Notes under the pieces: generated by a model
What the model was told of the DNA's origin: nothing
Seen by the model: only the letters and a program-made list of their open reading frames with translations
Databases searched by the model: none
Made by a program: the position numbers and the translations under genes
In this document: piece after piece, positions 9,218-18,976 of the stretch
How the letters are laid out: the number at the start of each line of letters is the position of its first letter
How positions within the stretch are numbered: the first letter of the stretch is position 1
Virus record (IMG/VR): IMGVR_UViG_3300045119_000559
Span: 1 to 60,870 of that record
Length of the DNA: 60,870 nt
Source: a virus
Taxonomy: Duplodnaviria; Caudoviricetes
Direction: 5' to 3' (one strand)

Positions 9218-10483
9218 TTACCCCCCATTCCGTGCTATGCAGGTATAGTTGACCTTGTTGCTGCTCGTTGCGGTCTGCGTTATCGTTATTGCTGCGGTGC
9301 TAACCGTATAGTGCTGCGTTGCGAGCGGATCGCCCTGCCACGTCACGGTACAGAACGGTGCGGCATTGTATGCCCCGTACGTCCCCGGAGTGAACGAGAT
9401 CACACAGCCCGTCGGGGTGCCGGTGCCCATGGTCACTTCGCCGGCCGTGTCGCTCCCGGCGACTGCCGGGTTCGTGCCGCATGCTGTGAGCGTCGGCGGA
9501 ATAACGTGCGTAATCCAGTGCCCGCGCATCTCCACGGGCGTCTGCGCGGCGGTGAAGATGCATCGGCTGCTCGTCGATGCCGTCAGCGCCGGGCAGTTGT
9601 AGCAATTGTAATTGGCGACCGTCGCGCCGCCGCTGAGCGACACGTCCTGGCAATTCGCGAAGACCAATTGCGTCACAGCGCCTGCGGTGAGCGCCGGTGA
9701 GAAGTTCGCAAATCCCATCACCGCCATGGTGCCAGCGCCACTCCATGATATGAATGACTGGTAGCTGTAGCAGTGATTGGGATTGATAGCACCAGAGGTG
9801 CCAGTGCAGATCGTCTGGTCATCGTACGATGCGTGGCCGAGGCCGCTCGCGGTGTAGTTGATCGTGTCGGATACGCTGAAGTCGTGCGTATTGCCGTTCG
9901 TCGACAGCACCCGGCATGTCCAAATCTGCGAGCCGCCGGAGCGATCCGTGGTGCACCCATCGCCGGCGACGAGGCGGGTAACATTGAGGGGATTGAGCGT
10001 CGGCGGCCCGATGCCAATCTGCCAGTTGGTGCCATCGGAGACGATTTGGTACGATTGGTTGGTCGTGACGACGAGGTTCGACGCTCCGTTGATGGTACTC
10101 ACCTGCGGGGTGATTGTCACAGCCCCGACGCCGAGGTTGCGCATGAAGAAGTTGAATGTACTAAGTGCGCCGTTTGCCTGAGGCAGCGTTACAGCGATAG
10201 CCCCGGCATTGTTGTAGAGCACAAGCTGTCCATAGTCCCCGACGCCGATGGTATCAGTGACGCCAGTAACGTTGCGAATGCCCTCGTACTGCTGGTAGGA
10301 GTTCACAAGGGTCGTCATGAATGCTCGGACAGCGCTCGGTGTGATCGCCCCTACGGTCTGATCAGGGAACGTGGTGGCGATATTCGTCGCCATGGTGGAC
10401 TTCGACACCTGAGCGGCGCAGGGCGCCGCTGCCAGCACCCATGCCGCAACGGCCGCGATAATTGCCCTTGCTCTACTGCGCAT
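9218..10483 (-). CDS. tail fibre/appendage-like protein with Sec signal peptide
   Basis: MRSRARAIIAAVAAWVLAAAPCAA|Q; GAITPSAVR, TIGVGDYGQLV..SDGTNW fibre-type repeats; T/S/G/C-rich. Confidence 0.65.
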   Translation of the reverse strand: MRSRARAIIAAVAAWVLAAAPCAAQVSKSTMATNIATTFPDQTVGAITPSAVRAFMTTLVNSYQQYEGIRNVTGVTDTIGVGDYGQLVLYNNAGAIAVTLPQANGALSTFNFFMRNLGVGAVTITPQVSTINGASNLVVTTNQSYQIVSDGTNWQIGIGPPTLNPLNVTRLVAGDGCTTDRSGGSQIWTCRVLSTNGNTHDFSVSDTINYTASGLGHASYDDQTICTGTSGAINPNHCYSYQSFISWSGAGTMAVMGFANFSPALTAGAVTQLVFANCQDVSLSGGATVANYNCYNCPALTASTSSRCIFTAAQTPVEMRGHWITHVIPPTLTACGTNPAVAGSDTAGEVTMGTGTPTGCVISFTPGTYGAYNAAPFCTVTWQGDPLATQHYTVSTAAITITQTATSSNKVNYTCIARNGG

Positions 10484-11963
10484 TGACTTTGTCCTTAAAG
10501 CCCGTGATCCACAACGCGCCCGCTGCGCCGCTCGTGCAGGCCTGCAACGTGACGGCTTCGAGTTTCATCCAATCCCGGAGGATAGCCGCTGCGCCGGTGC
10601 CGATGGCGATGGGCGGCGGGTTCGTCGTGGTGAGATTGCCATAGTTCGCATTTGGCGCAATCATCGTCAGCACCGACGCTCCGCCATTGTAGTCGTTTTG
10701 CGCCGAGATGTGCACATCGGTGCCAGTCGGCGGCACCCACACCGTACTGCCCGGTGCGGTGCCCTGCACTGTCTCGGCGGCCCATGCAACGGCCCCGGCG
10801 CTGCAGTTCGACCCGACTGTGCCGTTGAACACCGGACGCATTGTGGCGTTGTTCGTGACGCCTGCGTTCACCCACTCGGTCGTCGCGCCTGTTTGCAGCG
10901 TGCGGTAGAAGTTCCCGCTGCCATCGACCGCCATGGTGCCCAGGCGGCACTTGTACGTGTACCCGCTGGGCATCGTCGGCGCGGTCGCGCTCAGCGACCC
11001 GAGGCTCGCCCCCTGCGCCCCGTTGTCAATGATCCAGATGTATATCCAAGCGCTCGTACCGGGGGCTTCGCCGTCCATGCCGTTCGCAGCGGCCGTGGCG
11101 GTGCCCGTCGTAATGTTGAGCGTATAGTTGGCGCTGGTACGCGAGACGGTCTGCGAGGACGGGTTGATTGCGGTGGTTTGGTCAGCCGTAATGACAGCCT
11201 GGCTATTGGGCGTCCCGCTGCTGTTGGTGATCTTCAGCCCGATGGCGCCGCAGAGCGTCTGTGCTGTGGTCGGATTACTTTGGTTCACGAGGTTCAAGAG
11301 ATGGAAGTTCGCCTGCGAGGCGCTGTACACCACGCTCACCACGTTGCTCGGGCTCGCTGCGACGATCTCGCCGCCCTGTAGCGCCACGGCACCAGTAGCG
11401 GTGTCCTTCACAATCGCGACAGGCACACCCGTACCGCTCGGCGTGAGCGTCGTGGCACCAGTATTGGTGAATATGGGAATGAACTGAATGATCGAGCCAT
11501 CGGTGGCATTGAAGCCAGCATCGACCACGGTGATGGCATTGGGAGTCCCGCCGGCCGTACCGGCCCAAAACACCGAGTTCGACGCGCTCGTGTCGCACGT
11601 CGTCTGGTCGTACAACTGCACGCTCGATGCATCGAAGACTACCTGGCGATAGCACCCCGTGCCGTAGATGACCGCCATGCCGTTCGAGTCGAGGGTGATG
11701 GGGCAAGTATTCGGCGCACTTTGCGCCGAGTCCTTCCACGTTGTCTTGCAGCTACTCGTGGCGGGCGAGTACATGAACACCGTGCCATTCGCTAGCGGCA
11801 CGCCGTTGCCGTTGATAAACTGCTGCTCGCCGTTGGGCAGCAAGGTCGCGGCGGGCGAGTGGGCGCAGGTGTACAGCGCCGCTGCGATGGCGATGACCGC
11901 TATGGGCCACCATCGCCACGACGAACGTGGCCTTCGGCCCTGCCACCGCTTACTGCCTCGCAT
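10473..11963 (-). CDS. tailspike/tail fibre with P22-tailspike-like head-binding N-domain preceded by a signal peptide
   Basis: QQFINGNGVPLANGTVFMY...TTWKDS...NTCPITLDSNG.A.IYG.G.YRQVV.D head-binding-type motif follows a basic n-region and hydrophobic WWPIAVIAIAAALY..SPA|A. Confidence 0.7.
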   Translation of the reverse strand: MRGSKRWQGRRPRSSWRWWPIAVIAIAAALYTCAHSPAATLLPNGEQQFINGNGVPLANGTVFMYSPATSSCKTTWKDSAQSAPNTCPITLDSNGMAVIYGTGCYRQVVFDASSVQLYDQTTCDTSASNSVFWAGTAGGTPNAITVVDAGFNATDGSIIQFIPIFTNTGATTLTPSGTGVPVAIVKDTATGAVALQGGEIVAASPSNVVSVVYSASQANFHLLNLVNQSNPTTAQTLCGAIGLKITNSSGTPNSQAVITADQTTAINPSSQTVSRTSANYTLNITTGTATAAANGMDGEAPGTSAWIYIWIIDNGAQGASLGSLSATAPTMPSGYTYKCRLGTMAVDGSGNFYRTLQTGATTEWVNAGVTNNATMRPVFNGTVGSNCSAGAVAWAAETVQGTAPGSTVWVPPTGTDVHISAQNDYNGGASVLTMIAPNANYGNLTTTNPPPIAIGTGAAAILRDWMKLEAVTLQACTSGAAGALWITGFKDKVNAQ

Positions 11964-13755
11964 TGTAGAGGTCCTCCGTCGCAAGTATCGCCGGGTTCAT
12001 GCCGTGCAGCCACGGGGCCGTGCGGCCCTGCGCGATGTCCAGCAAGTGCCGCGTGTATGTCTGGGAGTTGAACCATGCATTGGCGGCCTTGCCCCCCGCC
12101 GCTGCTGCCGCAATGCCCATCGCAGGTAGCACCGCCTCGTGTGGATTATGCCACAAGTTTAGCAGGTGCTCGCCCGCAGGTCCGGCATAGTGCTCCGCGA
12201 GTGCTGGCACTGACGCTGCCGCGCCAATAGTCGCCAGCGGATGGCGGTACAGCACACTCCCCTGCTTCGCCGCAGGCACATCTGGCTTGTAGATGAACTG
12301 CCCCGCAGTGGCAATGTCGCCAATATCACCAGCCTTCATAGCATTGCCGAAGCTCTGCTGGATACGCTTCAACAAGTTGTGTGGATTGTACTCGCCGGCC
12401 TCATTCACGTCTTTGTCGATAGCTCGCGTAATGCGATAGCCCCGACGCGCACTTTGCCATGCTTGCACATCTTCGGGCGTACCACTCGACGCGATAGCAC
12501 GCTCCCAAGCATTATCCAGCACATCCCGTACATTCGGTATCGGATGTCCAGCACTATCGAAGCCGCCGTAGATATATGGCTTCATCGCAGGGTCCTTCGA
12601 GAAGCTGTACAGCTTCCCACCGTAGCCGGTCCACCGCTTGTACACTTCTCCTGGAACATCTCCAACAGCAAATTCACTCTTCAAATCGTCCAAGAGCCCG
12701 CTGAACTTCTTATACTGCTCCGTATCCATGGCGCCTTTTGCAGCGCCCTCGGCATGGGCAAAGTCTGATGCAAGGCGAGGATCGTTGCCAGGAATACTAT
12801 GGGCAGCTGCTACACGACCCATGGTGCCGCCATTGACGTTATCGGCCTCTTGTACCCACTTCTGCGTGATGCGCTCTGTTGGAACTCCTACTTCTCTCCC
12901 TACTGCATTCGCAAAGGCTCCTCGCTGCACCTCGCCTGATGCCTTCGAGGTAAACAGGCGATCCAAGAGCGTCAGCCCCGGCGCCGCGCCGGGCAACTTC
13001 CCAGCCTGCATTGGCAGGCCAAGGTCCATCGCCCTGCGTGTGCTCGCCGCGACTTCGGGCGAAATGTTGCTGCCATGGATGATCAGCAGATTGCCGAGCG
13101 GCCCCACTATGCTGCCGACCTCTGCGCCGGTCTTGACTTGATCCAGCAGCGAACCCTCGCCCGCGGGCGCCTGCACCGCTCCGCCAAAGGCGCCCTCAAT
13201 GGCGCCTCGCGTAGCACTCGACGCCACGCGAGTTGCCGAAGGCACGATGCCGCGTCCGTATGCGCCAGCGGAGCCACTGAGGAAATCAATCGCCGGCGCT
13301 ACGCGCGGGGCCATCGTCGCAATCCGTACTGCCAGCGGCGCCGCAATGTACTCCTGTCCTAGAATTGCCGCCGTCAGTGCCGGCACAATGTTGCCCATCA
13401 CATCGAGCTGCAACCCCTGCGTCGGGTGCTCCTTCATCCACGCATCGCGATCCGCAGCGATGCGCTCGGCCACAGGGCCGGGATTTAATGGTGACACTAA
13501 CGCCCCTGCGGCCTGCGGTCCGAGACCCATCGTCAATGCGCTGACGAAGTGCGACAGCGGACCCCACGCAGCGGGATCGCCGCCCTCGGCAGGCGCCACA
13601 GCGCCAGGCTTCGCTACTGGCCTCTCTGCACCGAAGTGTGCATCGAACAGCGTATCGAGATTGCGATCCGCGCCGAGTGGCACAGCTGGCACTGCCGCCG
13701 GTCGGCTGTCCTTGCCGAAGTACCCATCCAGCAGATCATCAAGTTCATCGGCCAT
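11950..13755 (-). CDS. putative DNA ejection (internal virion) protein
   Basis: Ala/Gly-rich helical protein, third of the three P22-like ejection genes; TGATG coupling. Confidence 0.6.
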   Translation of the reverse strand: MADELDDLLDGYFGKDSRPAAVPAVPLGADRNLDTLFDAHFGAERPVAKPGAVAPAEGGDPAAWGPLSHFVSALTMGLGPQAAGALVSPLNPGPVAERIAADRDAWMKEHPTQGLQLDVMGNIVPALTAAILGQEYIAAPLAVRIATMAPRVAPAIDFLSGSAGAYGRGIVPSATRVASSATRGAIEGAFGGAVQAPAGEGSLLDQVKTGAEVGSIVGPLGNLLIIHGSNISPEVAASTRRAMDLGLPMQAGKLPGAAPGLTLLDRLFTSKASGEVQRGAFANAVGREVGVPTERITQKWVQEADNVNGGTMGRVAAAHSIPGNDPRLASDFAHAEGAAKGAMDTEQYKKFSGLLDDLKSEFAVGDVPGEVYKRWTGYGGKLYSFSKDPAMKPYIYGGFDSAGHPIPNVRDVLDNAWERAIASSGTPEDVQAWQSARRGYRITRAIDKDVNEAGEYNPHNLLKRIQQSFGNAMKAGDIGDIATAGQFIYKPDVPAAKQGSVLYRHPLATIGAAASVPALAEHYAGPAGEHLLNLWHNPHEAVLPAMGIAAAAAGGKAANAWFNSQTYTRHLLDIAQGRTAPWLHGMNPAILATEDLYNARQ

Positions 13756-15332
13756 CAGGGCGCCCCCTTGCCAATGGCCCCGGCGGAGACCTGCCCGCGC
13801 TTCACGAGCATATTGTTGTACCAATTCTCAAACTGCGACAGATCGCTCATGCCATCCGGCAGCGGCTGTCCGCTGTTCGCCTTCCCGTACAGGATGCTCA
13901 GCGAGTGCATTCGCGCCATGGCGATGCTGTTCTGCTTGCGAATGAACTGGAACATCTTATCGACCGTCCGCGGATCGCTCTCGATGTTCGGGTTCTTGTC
14001 TTGATAGTTCTGATATTCGACCTGGAGGATGCGGCCTGGCCCGCCCTCACCCGCCGCGCCCATGAGGCCCTGCTTCAGCATGGCTACGCCCAACTGCAGG
14101 GAGAGTTTGTTGTACTCTTGCGCATCGGGCAGCGAGCCATTCGAGATTTTGTCCACCGTGGCGTTGTTGATGCCGAAAGCCTGCGCGATTTGGCCGATGT
14201 GCGCGAATAACTCCGCACCACCGCCTGTTTTCATCGCCGTGCGGGCTTTGTCCATCTCATCCATTATCTGGTTCACGGTGAGCGCCGTAGTGCCGAGCCT
14301 ATTGACACTCTGAATATACGGCCCCATACCCTTGAGCGCTTCCTCCTGCACAGGGCCGAGTTTGTTCATCCACGCGGCGGTGCCGGGGACTGGTTGGCCG
14401 GGCTCGGGGATGGTGGAGGTCGGCGCGCCTGGCGCGGGTGCTGCAGGCGCAGCAGTTGTACCGCCAGTTCCAGGTGCCGGTGTCCCCGCACCCGTCTGCA
14501 TCGGCATCGCGGCGCGCGAGGTCTGCGACTGCGCACCAGTTACAGGGTTCGTTGTCGTAACAGGAGCATTGCGCTCTGACGCAGTGGGCAACTCAGGGAA
14601 CTGTCCACCTGGCACTGGTGCACCCTGCAGAGGAGTATACGTACCTTGCGTCTTGGACACTGTCCCCCGCGATGTAACACCACCCTGCGCCGTACTCACT
14701 GCATCGAAGGTACTTCCAAGGGTCTTCTCCGCCCCTTGCTGCGCCTGCGTAAATCGCAGCAGGTGCTGGTAGCCCAATCGCGGATCGTACTTGCCGGTCT
14801 TTGGATCAACGCCCATATTGCTGAGGAATGCGATCTGATCATCGTGCGAGATCTGGTGCAAGTCTCCTGCGGTCTTAACAGCCCCGACGAGGTCCTCGCG
14901 CGAGATGGCATCGCTCACTGGGTTACCTTGCGGGTCCTTGAACGATCTGCCGGAGTGCCCGCTATCGACTAGCCCGCCGGCGATGCCCCCGAGCGATGCC
15001 GCACGCTTGTTCGCTATGTCGAGGTTTGTCAGCACCGTATCGGCCTGGGTTTTCTCCCGTGCGATCCACCCATTGATGATGTCCGGGGCGAGGAATGCCG
15101 CATCGGGGTGGGTGCTGAGCATCACTGCTGCACGATTGTAGTCAATGCTTCCGTCGGGATTGACCGCCTGCTGCATGATCGGGCCGATAGCCTTGCGCGC
15201 CGCAAAGGTCTGCTCAAATAGCTGGTTCTGATTCAGAGCGTTCTGCGTCCGGGCGAAGTCCCCGATCATGCCGAGCATATTCACCTGCGGCTGCGCAGGC
15301 GGAGCGTACATGCTGGTGTCGATGCCGGGCAT
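13755..15332 (-). CDS. putative DNA ejection protein (P22 gp20-like position)
   Basis: MPGIDTSMY..NMLG...QNALNQNQLF N-terminus typical of this slot; synteny. Confidence 0.6.
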   Translation of the reverse strand: MPGIDTSMYAPPAQPQVNMLGMIGDFARTQNALNQNQLFEQTFAARKAIGPIMQQAVNPDGSIDYNRAAVMLSTHPDAAFLAPDIINGWIAREKTQADTVLTNLDIANKRAASLGGIAGGLVDSGHSGRSFKDPQGNPVSDAISREDLVGAVKTAGDLHQISHDDQIAFLSNMGVDPKTGKYDPRLGYQHLLRFTQAQQGAEKTLGSTFDAVSTAQGGVTSRGTVSKTQGTYTPLQGAPVPGGQFPELPTASERNAPVTTTNPVTGAQSQTSRAAMPMQTGAGTPAPGTGGTTAAPAAPAPGAPTSTIPEPGQPVPGTAAWMNKLGPVQEEALKGMGPYIQSVNRLGTTALTVNQIMDEMDKARTAMKTGGGAELFAHIGQIAQAFGINNATVDKISNGSLPDAQEYNKLSLQLGVAMLKQGLMGAAGEGGPGRILQVEYQNYQDKNPNIESDPRTVDKMFQFIRKQNSIAMARMHSLSILYGKANSGQPLPDGMSDLSQFENWYNNMLVKRGQVSAGAIGKGAP

Positions 15333-15345
15333 ATGCAGTGGGCTC

Positions 15346-16134
15346 CTATCCAGCAACGCCAGGACCGCCAGAGAAGTCGAAACTTCCTGGATTGCTCATG
15401 CCTATGGAAGACAAAGGCCCGAGCGGGTTTGGCTCGCCAAATGCACCGAGGCGATTTAGCATTGAGTACTGCATGTAGGAGTTGAGCGCGTTGGTAGGGA
15501 GGCTTCCAAGGGCGTTCGTACCAGCCATTGTTGCAGCAGCTTGTGCATTCCCCGCCCCAATCATGTTTGAGCCAATCTGCCCTCCCGTACCGACCGCGCC
15601 GCCGAGCAGCGATTGTCCCGCGCTCGCGCCGAGTTGCGACGGCCCCATCATCATGCCATATTGCTGCTGATGCTGTTGCAAGTAATTCTGAAACTGCTGT
15701 TGAAACGTCGTAGATGCAAGTCCCTGTGAATAGTCGGCGATACCGCGGCCTAGGGCGCCACTGGTACCAAGGCCCATTGCGGTAAGCGCGTTGGTAGTGG
15801 ACTTGAGGCCCTGGCCGAGAGTGAACTGATATCCCGGTGTGTTCTCCAATGCTGTTTGCAGTCCGTGCTGATCAACCTGCCCACCAGGGCCGCTGCCGGC
15901 GGGGGCGCCAAAGGGCGTCGTGAGCGCGGACAGGTTCGAGTTAAGCATGTTGAATGCGCCAGCACCGCCACTGATGTACGGATCGAGGGCCTGCTTGCCT
16001 TGGTTGAACATTTGCAGCTGCGCCTGCGTCGCAGCCTGCGCTGCGGCTGTCTGCGCGCTCGCAGCGCGATTGGCACCGTAAATCGACGCACCCGCACCAA
16101 CGGCTGCCGCAGCAAGTGGTCCTCCTATGGGCAT
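15346..16134 (-). CDS. DNA transfer/ejection protein, P22 gp7-like
   Basis: GASIYGANRAASAQ..A, LDPYISGG, ENTPGYQFTL.QG motifs. Confidence 0.75.
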   Translation of the reverse strand: MPIGGPLAAAAVGAGASIYGANRAASAQTAAAQAATQAQLQMFNQGKQALDPYISGGAGAFNMLNSNLSALTTPFGAPAGSGPGGQVDQHGLQTALENTPGYQFTLGQGLKSTTNALTAMGLGTSGALGRGIADYSQGLASTTFQQQFQNYLQQHQQQYGMMMGPSQLGASAGQSLLGGAVGTGGQIGSNMIGAGNAQAAATMAGTNALGSLPTNALNSYMQYSMLNRLGAFGEPNPLGPLSSIGMSNPGSFDFSGGPGVAG

Positions 16135-16925
16135 AGCTCTACCTCGAAGCTTCCATCATCGCCGATGGCCACGAACGCTCCCGGCAGCGCGAGGTCCAGC
16201 ACGAGTGGATAGCGCTGCACGATGCCGATGCCGGCATAGCCGGCGAAACGTGCCCAACGATTGTACAGGATGAGGGCTTTGTCAACCTGCCCCGCGCGAA
16301 TGGTGTCCACCGTGGCCCCCACGGCCCGGTCATGCGCGCTATCGCGCGGATGGGGCGCATGGGCAATGCCGAGTTCCTCACATTGCTGCTCCAACTCCGC
16401 ATGGAAGTCCGCCCCCCGACGCTCGATGCCGCTGGCGGTGTACAACCAGTCCCAATATCGCAAAGCGTAGTGCTCGCAATCCACGGCAGGTGAGCCGTCC
16501 TGCGGTCTCCATTCGCCCTCACGGAGGTACTCCCGGCGTCCATGTATCGCCCGGACAAGCCCGAGTGCCGCCGGATTGTTGCACGGCACGCGGGTCAGCA
16601 ACTCCATGGCATCTGTGCGGGTGAACATCCACCATATCGCCTCGCGCACTGCACGGATCGCACCAGCGCCACGCGCCCCCTCGATGAACTGTGTATGGAC
16701 CTCATACACCGTTGGCTCATGGAAGTGGAACAGCACGACGCCGCCAATGGGCGCCAGCAGCGCCACATTGCGCCGGTCGCTTAGCAGCGCCGTTGCGTCG
16801 AGGCGCTCTTGTCCAGCCTGGGCTATCCACGGTAGCACACCTGGATCATTCAGCACAGCATTGACCTTCGCTGGCTGGAAGGTGCGCCAGACAAGTGCTT
16901 GCGGCGTGGCCGAAGGTGCGAGCAT
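16125..16925 (-). CDS. GNAT-fold DUF2824-like virion assembly protein
   Basis: VNAVLNDP..YEVHTQF...RG......WWMF..TD...L.T.VP..N.AA; lies between the gp10-like and gp7-like genes. Confidence 0.6.
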   Translation of the reverse strand: MLAPSATPQALVWRTFQPAKVNAVLNDPGVLPWIAQAGQERLDATALLSDRRNVALLAPIGGVVLFHFHEPTVYEVHTQFIEGARGAGAIRAVREAIWWMFTRTDAMELLTRVPCNNPAALGLVRAIHGRREYLREGEWRPQDGSPAVDCEHYALRYWDWLYTASGIERRGADFHAELEQQCEELGIAHAPHPRDSAHDRAVGATVDTIRAGQVDKALILYNRWARFAGYAGIGIVQRYPLVLDLALPGAFVAIGDDGSFEVELCP

Positions 16926-16932
16926 CGAAAGG

Positions 16933-17370
16933 CTATCCTAACTGCGTACTGCTAAGCTGTGTCGTGGTCTGGAACCAGAAGATTTGCGCCTTGCCGCTCG
17001 CCAGGGCATATGAGGCATTCGCGCTGAGGGCGTCAATCTGCGCACCAACAGGCGGGAACACGTTGGCGGTGCCCCCTAGGGCAAACACCATGACGAACTG
17101 AAACGCCTGCAGCGCCGGGATCACCACACCGCCACCGGCAGCATTGACGAAGTTAATCCCCGGTATGAGTTGTGTGCCATCGGCCTGTGTGTTCGTCCCG
17201 TCGAAGAGCACAGCCCCGGCAAACGTGGGCGCTCCGTTCCCCCCGCCCGTCCGGGTGAAGAACGTACGCAGCAGCTTGTACCAAGTATTATCAATAACCC
17301 TGTCCTCATCAACCAGCGCAAGCGTACGGTTCGGGAACAGTTGTGCATTGCCAACGACCGGATTGCCCAT
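16933..17370 (-). CDS. hypothetical virion protein
   Basis: Operon position; C-terminal ANVFPPVGAQIDA..YAL.SGKA.IF segment shared with 25104-25532. Confidence 0.6.
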   Translation of the reverse strand: MGNPVVGNAQLFPNRTLALVDEDRVIDNTWYKLLRTFFTRTGGGNGAPTFAGAVLFDGTNTQADGTQLIPGINFVNAAGGGVVIPALQAFQFVMVFALGGTANVFPPVGAQIDALSANASYALASGKAQIFWFQTTTQLSSTQLG

Positions 17371-17374
17371 AGCA

Positions 17375-18889
17375 CTAGCCTGCCTGCCCCTGGCGCGTTT
17401 TCATCGCCGGCGTGGAGTCGAGCCAGGCACCCTGCAGCGCCGTCGCCACCGGGGAGGCCCAAAACACCTCCAGCACCGCATCGCGCGAAAGCCCCATGTT
17501 GCGCCACTGCGGCTGTACGAGGGTATTGCCCGTGCCGCCAAGGGTCTGCCCGACGGGCTGGCCATACGATTTGCCCCGGTCCAAGGACACCCGCAGGTAG
17601 ACTTCGTCGAGTGAGAGCACCCCCGGAGGGCCGAAGCCAGGGCTGAAGCCCAAGGACCACGGCGAACCACCGGTGGCGAACACCGTGCCGCACTCCATGT
17701 TGAGCCGTACTGCGCCGATGGCGAATTGGTTGCCGTCAGCGACAATGTGGCGGAACCCCCTTCGCCGTACGATCGGAGCCCCTGCATCGGTGTAGTTGTC
17801 CAAGTCAAGCGTGTAGAGTTGCCCATTTGCGTAGTCCCCGCACACGATGCTGCCATAGGCGTTGGCGATGCAATTCATCCGGTGCCGATGCTCCACGCCA
17901 TTCACATCCAGCCACGAGCGCTGGTGCCATGCGAAGTCCTCCGTAATGTCGCATGCGAGCGTCACATCGGAGCTTGGAAACGTGAGCACATAGAACGTAT
18001 GATCTTGCTGCTGATATGTCATCCCGATGGCATCATCGACTCGCGGCAACTTCCTCAGCAGATCGCTCACGAACCTGTCGCTGATGCGCTTCGCCGTGTA
18101 CCCCGCGCCCATATACACCGTACGATTACCGGCAATGTCGGTGCCGAGCCAGAACACTACGAGGTCCCCGCTCTTTGCAATGCTGTACGGTGCGATGCAC
18201 CCGTGCTCGATGTATATCCCAGGCGATATGGCGAACGGAAACGCGGCGCCGCCAGCATTGTACCAGACCTCCGTCCCCTGCTGATTACCGAAGAGCCACA
18301 GCTCGCGATGCATCACGATGAGGCCCGCCAGGGCATCGGGGTAGCCAGACTTTGCCGCGAGGTACGTCCCGTCGAAAGCGACTTGGTTGCTGAGCGAGGA
18401 GTAGAAGTTCCGCGTACCGGGCTGGTTGAACAGCAGGAACGTATCGAGGAAGCCCGCGTGCGTGCCGCCGAGAAAGTTCGGGTCGCCTATTTGCGCCACG
18501 GCATTCGTCGCAAGGTCGATGGTGTAGCCCTGCGGAGAGCCATCCACGATGACAGCATTTTGCCCATTATCGGCGAACTTTACAGGCGTCTGCGCGGGTG
18601 CAGTGAGCGGGCCGCCAATCGGCGTGGCGACCCAGTTCGCGTCGATGTAGTAGACGTTTTGGTTCAGCACTCCGTAGAGTTTGCGATTTGTCGCGGTGTA
18701 CAGCCCGCGCCATGTGCCAGCTTCCGGCACTGCACCCACGGCCGTCAGGCCGGGCGTCGGATACAGCGTATATGGGTCCGGTGCATCTGGCTCCCTGTTC
18801 CGCTCCGGGTAGAGGTTCGTGCAGCGCTGAGTGTCGGCGATAGCACTGCGCGCTACGCGATATCCACCGATAAGGGGAAGCTGCGCCAT
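17375..18889 (-). CDS. packaged DNA stabilisation / tail hub protein, P22 gp10-like
   Basis: QRCTNLYPE..LYPTPGL, FADNG, FLDTFLLFN, ELWLFG..TEVWYN.G...FPF, HGCIAPYS, SLDRGKSYG..WRNMG.SRD.V.EV. Confidence 0.85.
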   Translation of the reverse strand: MAQLPLIGGYRVARSAIADTQRCTNLYPERNREPDAPDPYTLYPTPGLTAVGAVPEAGTWRGLYTATNRKLYGVLNQNVYYIDANWVATPIGGPLTAPAQTPVKFADNGQNAVIVDGSPQGYTIDLATNAVAQIGDPNFLGGTHAGFLDTFLLFNQPGTRNFYSSLSNQVAFDGTYLAAKSGYPDALAGLIVMHRELWLFGNQQGTEVWYNAGGAAFPFAISPGIYIEHGCIAPYSIAKSGDLVVFWLGTDIAGNRTVYMGAGYTAKRISDRFVSDLLRKLPRVDDAIGMTYQQQDHTFYVLTFPSSDVTLACDITEDFAWHQRSWLDVNGVEHRHRMNCIANAYGSIVCGDYANGQLYTLDLDNYTDAGAPIVRRRGFRHIVADGNQFAIGAVRLNMECGTVFATGGSPWSLGFSPGFGPPGVLSLDEVYLRVSLDRGKSYGQPVGQTLGGTGNTLVQPQWRNMGLSRDAVLEVFWASPVATALQGAWLDSTPAMKTRQGQAG

Positions 18890-18901
18890 GCAATCACGAT
18901 G

Positions 18902-18976
18902 CTATGTGTTACGCCAATAGCCCCAAGTAACATACATCGCGTTCGCAGCGAGCACTACGGCGAGGACTGTCATCAT
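18902..18976 (-). CDS. 24-aa hydrophobic peptide
   Basis: MMTVLAVVLAANAMYVTWGYWRNT; ATGA overlap with the upstream stop. Confidence 0.4.
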   Translation of the reverse strand: MMTVLAVVLAANAMYVTWGYWRNT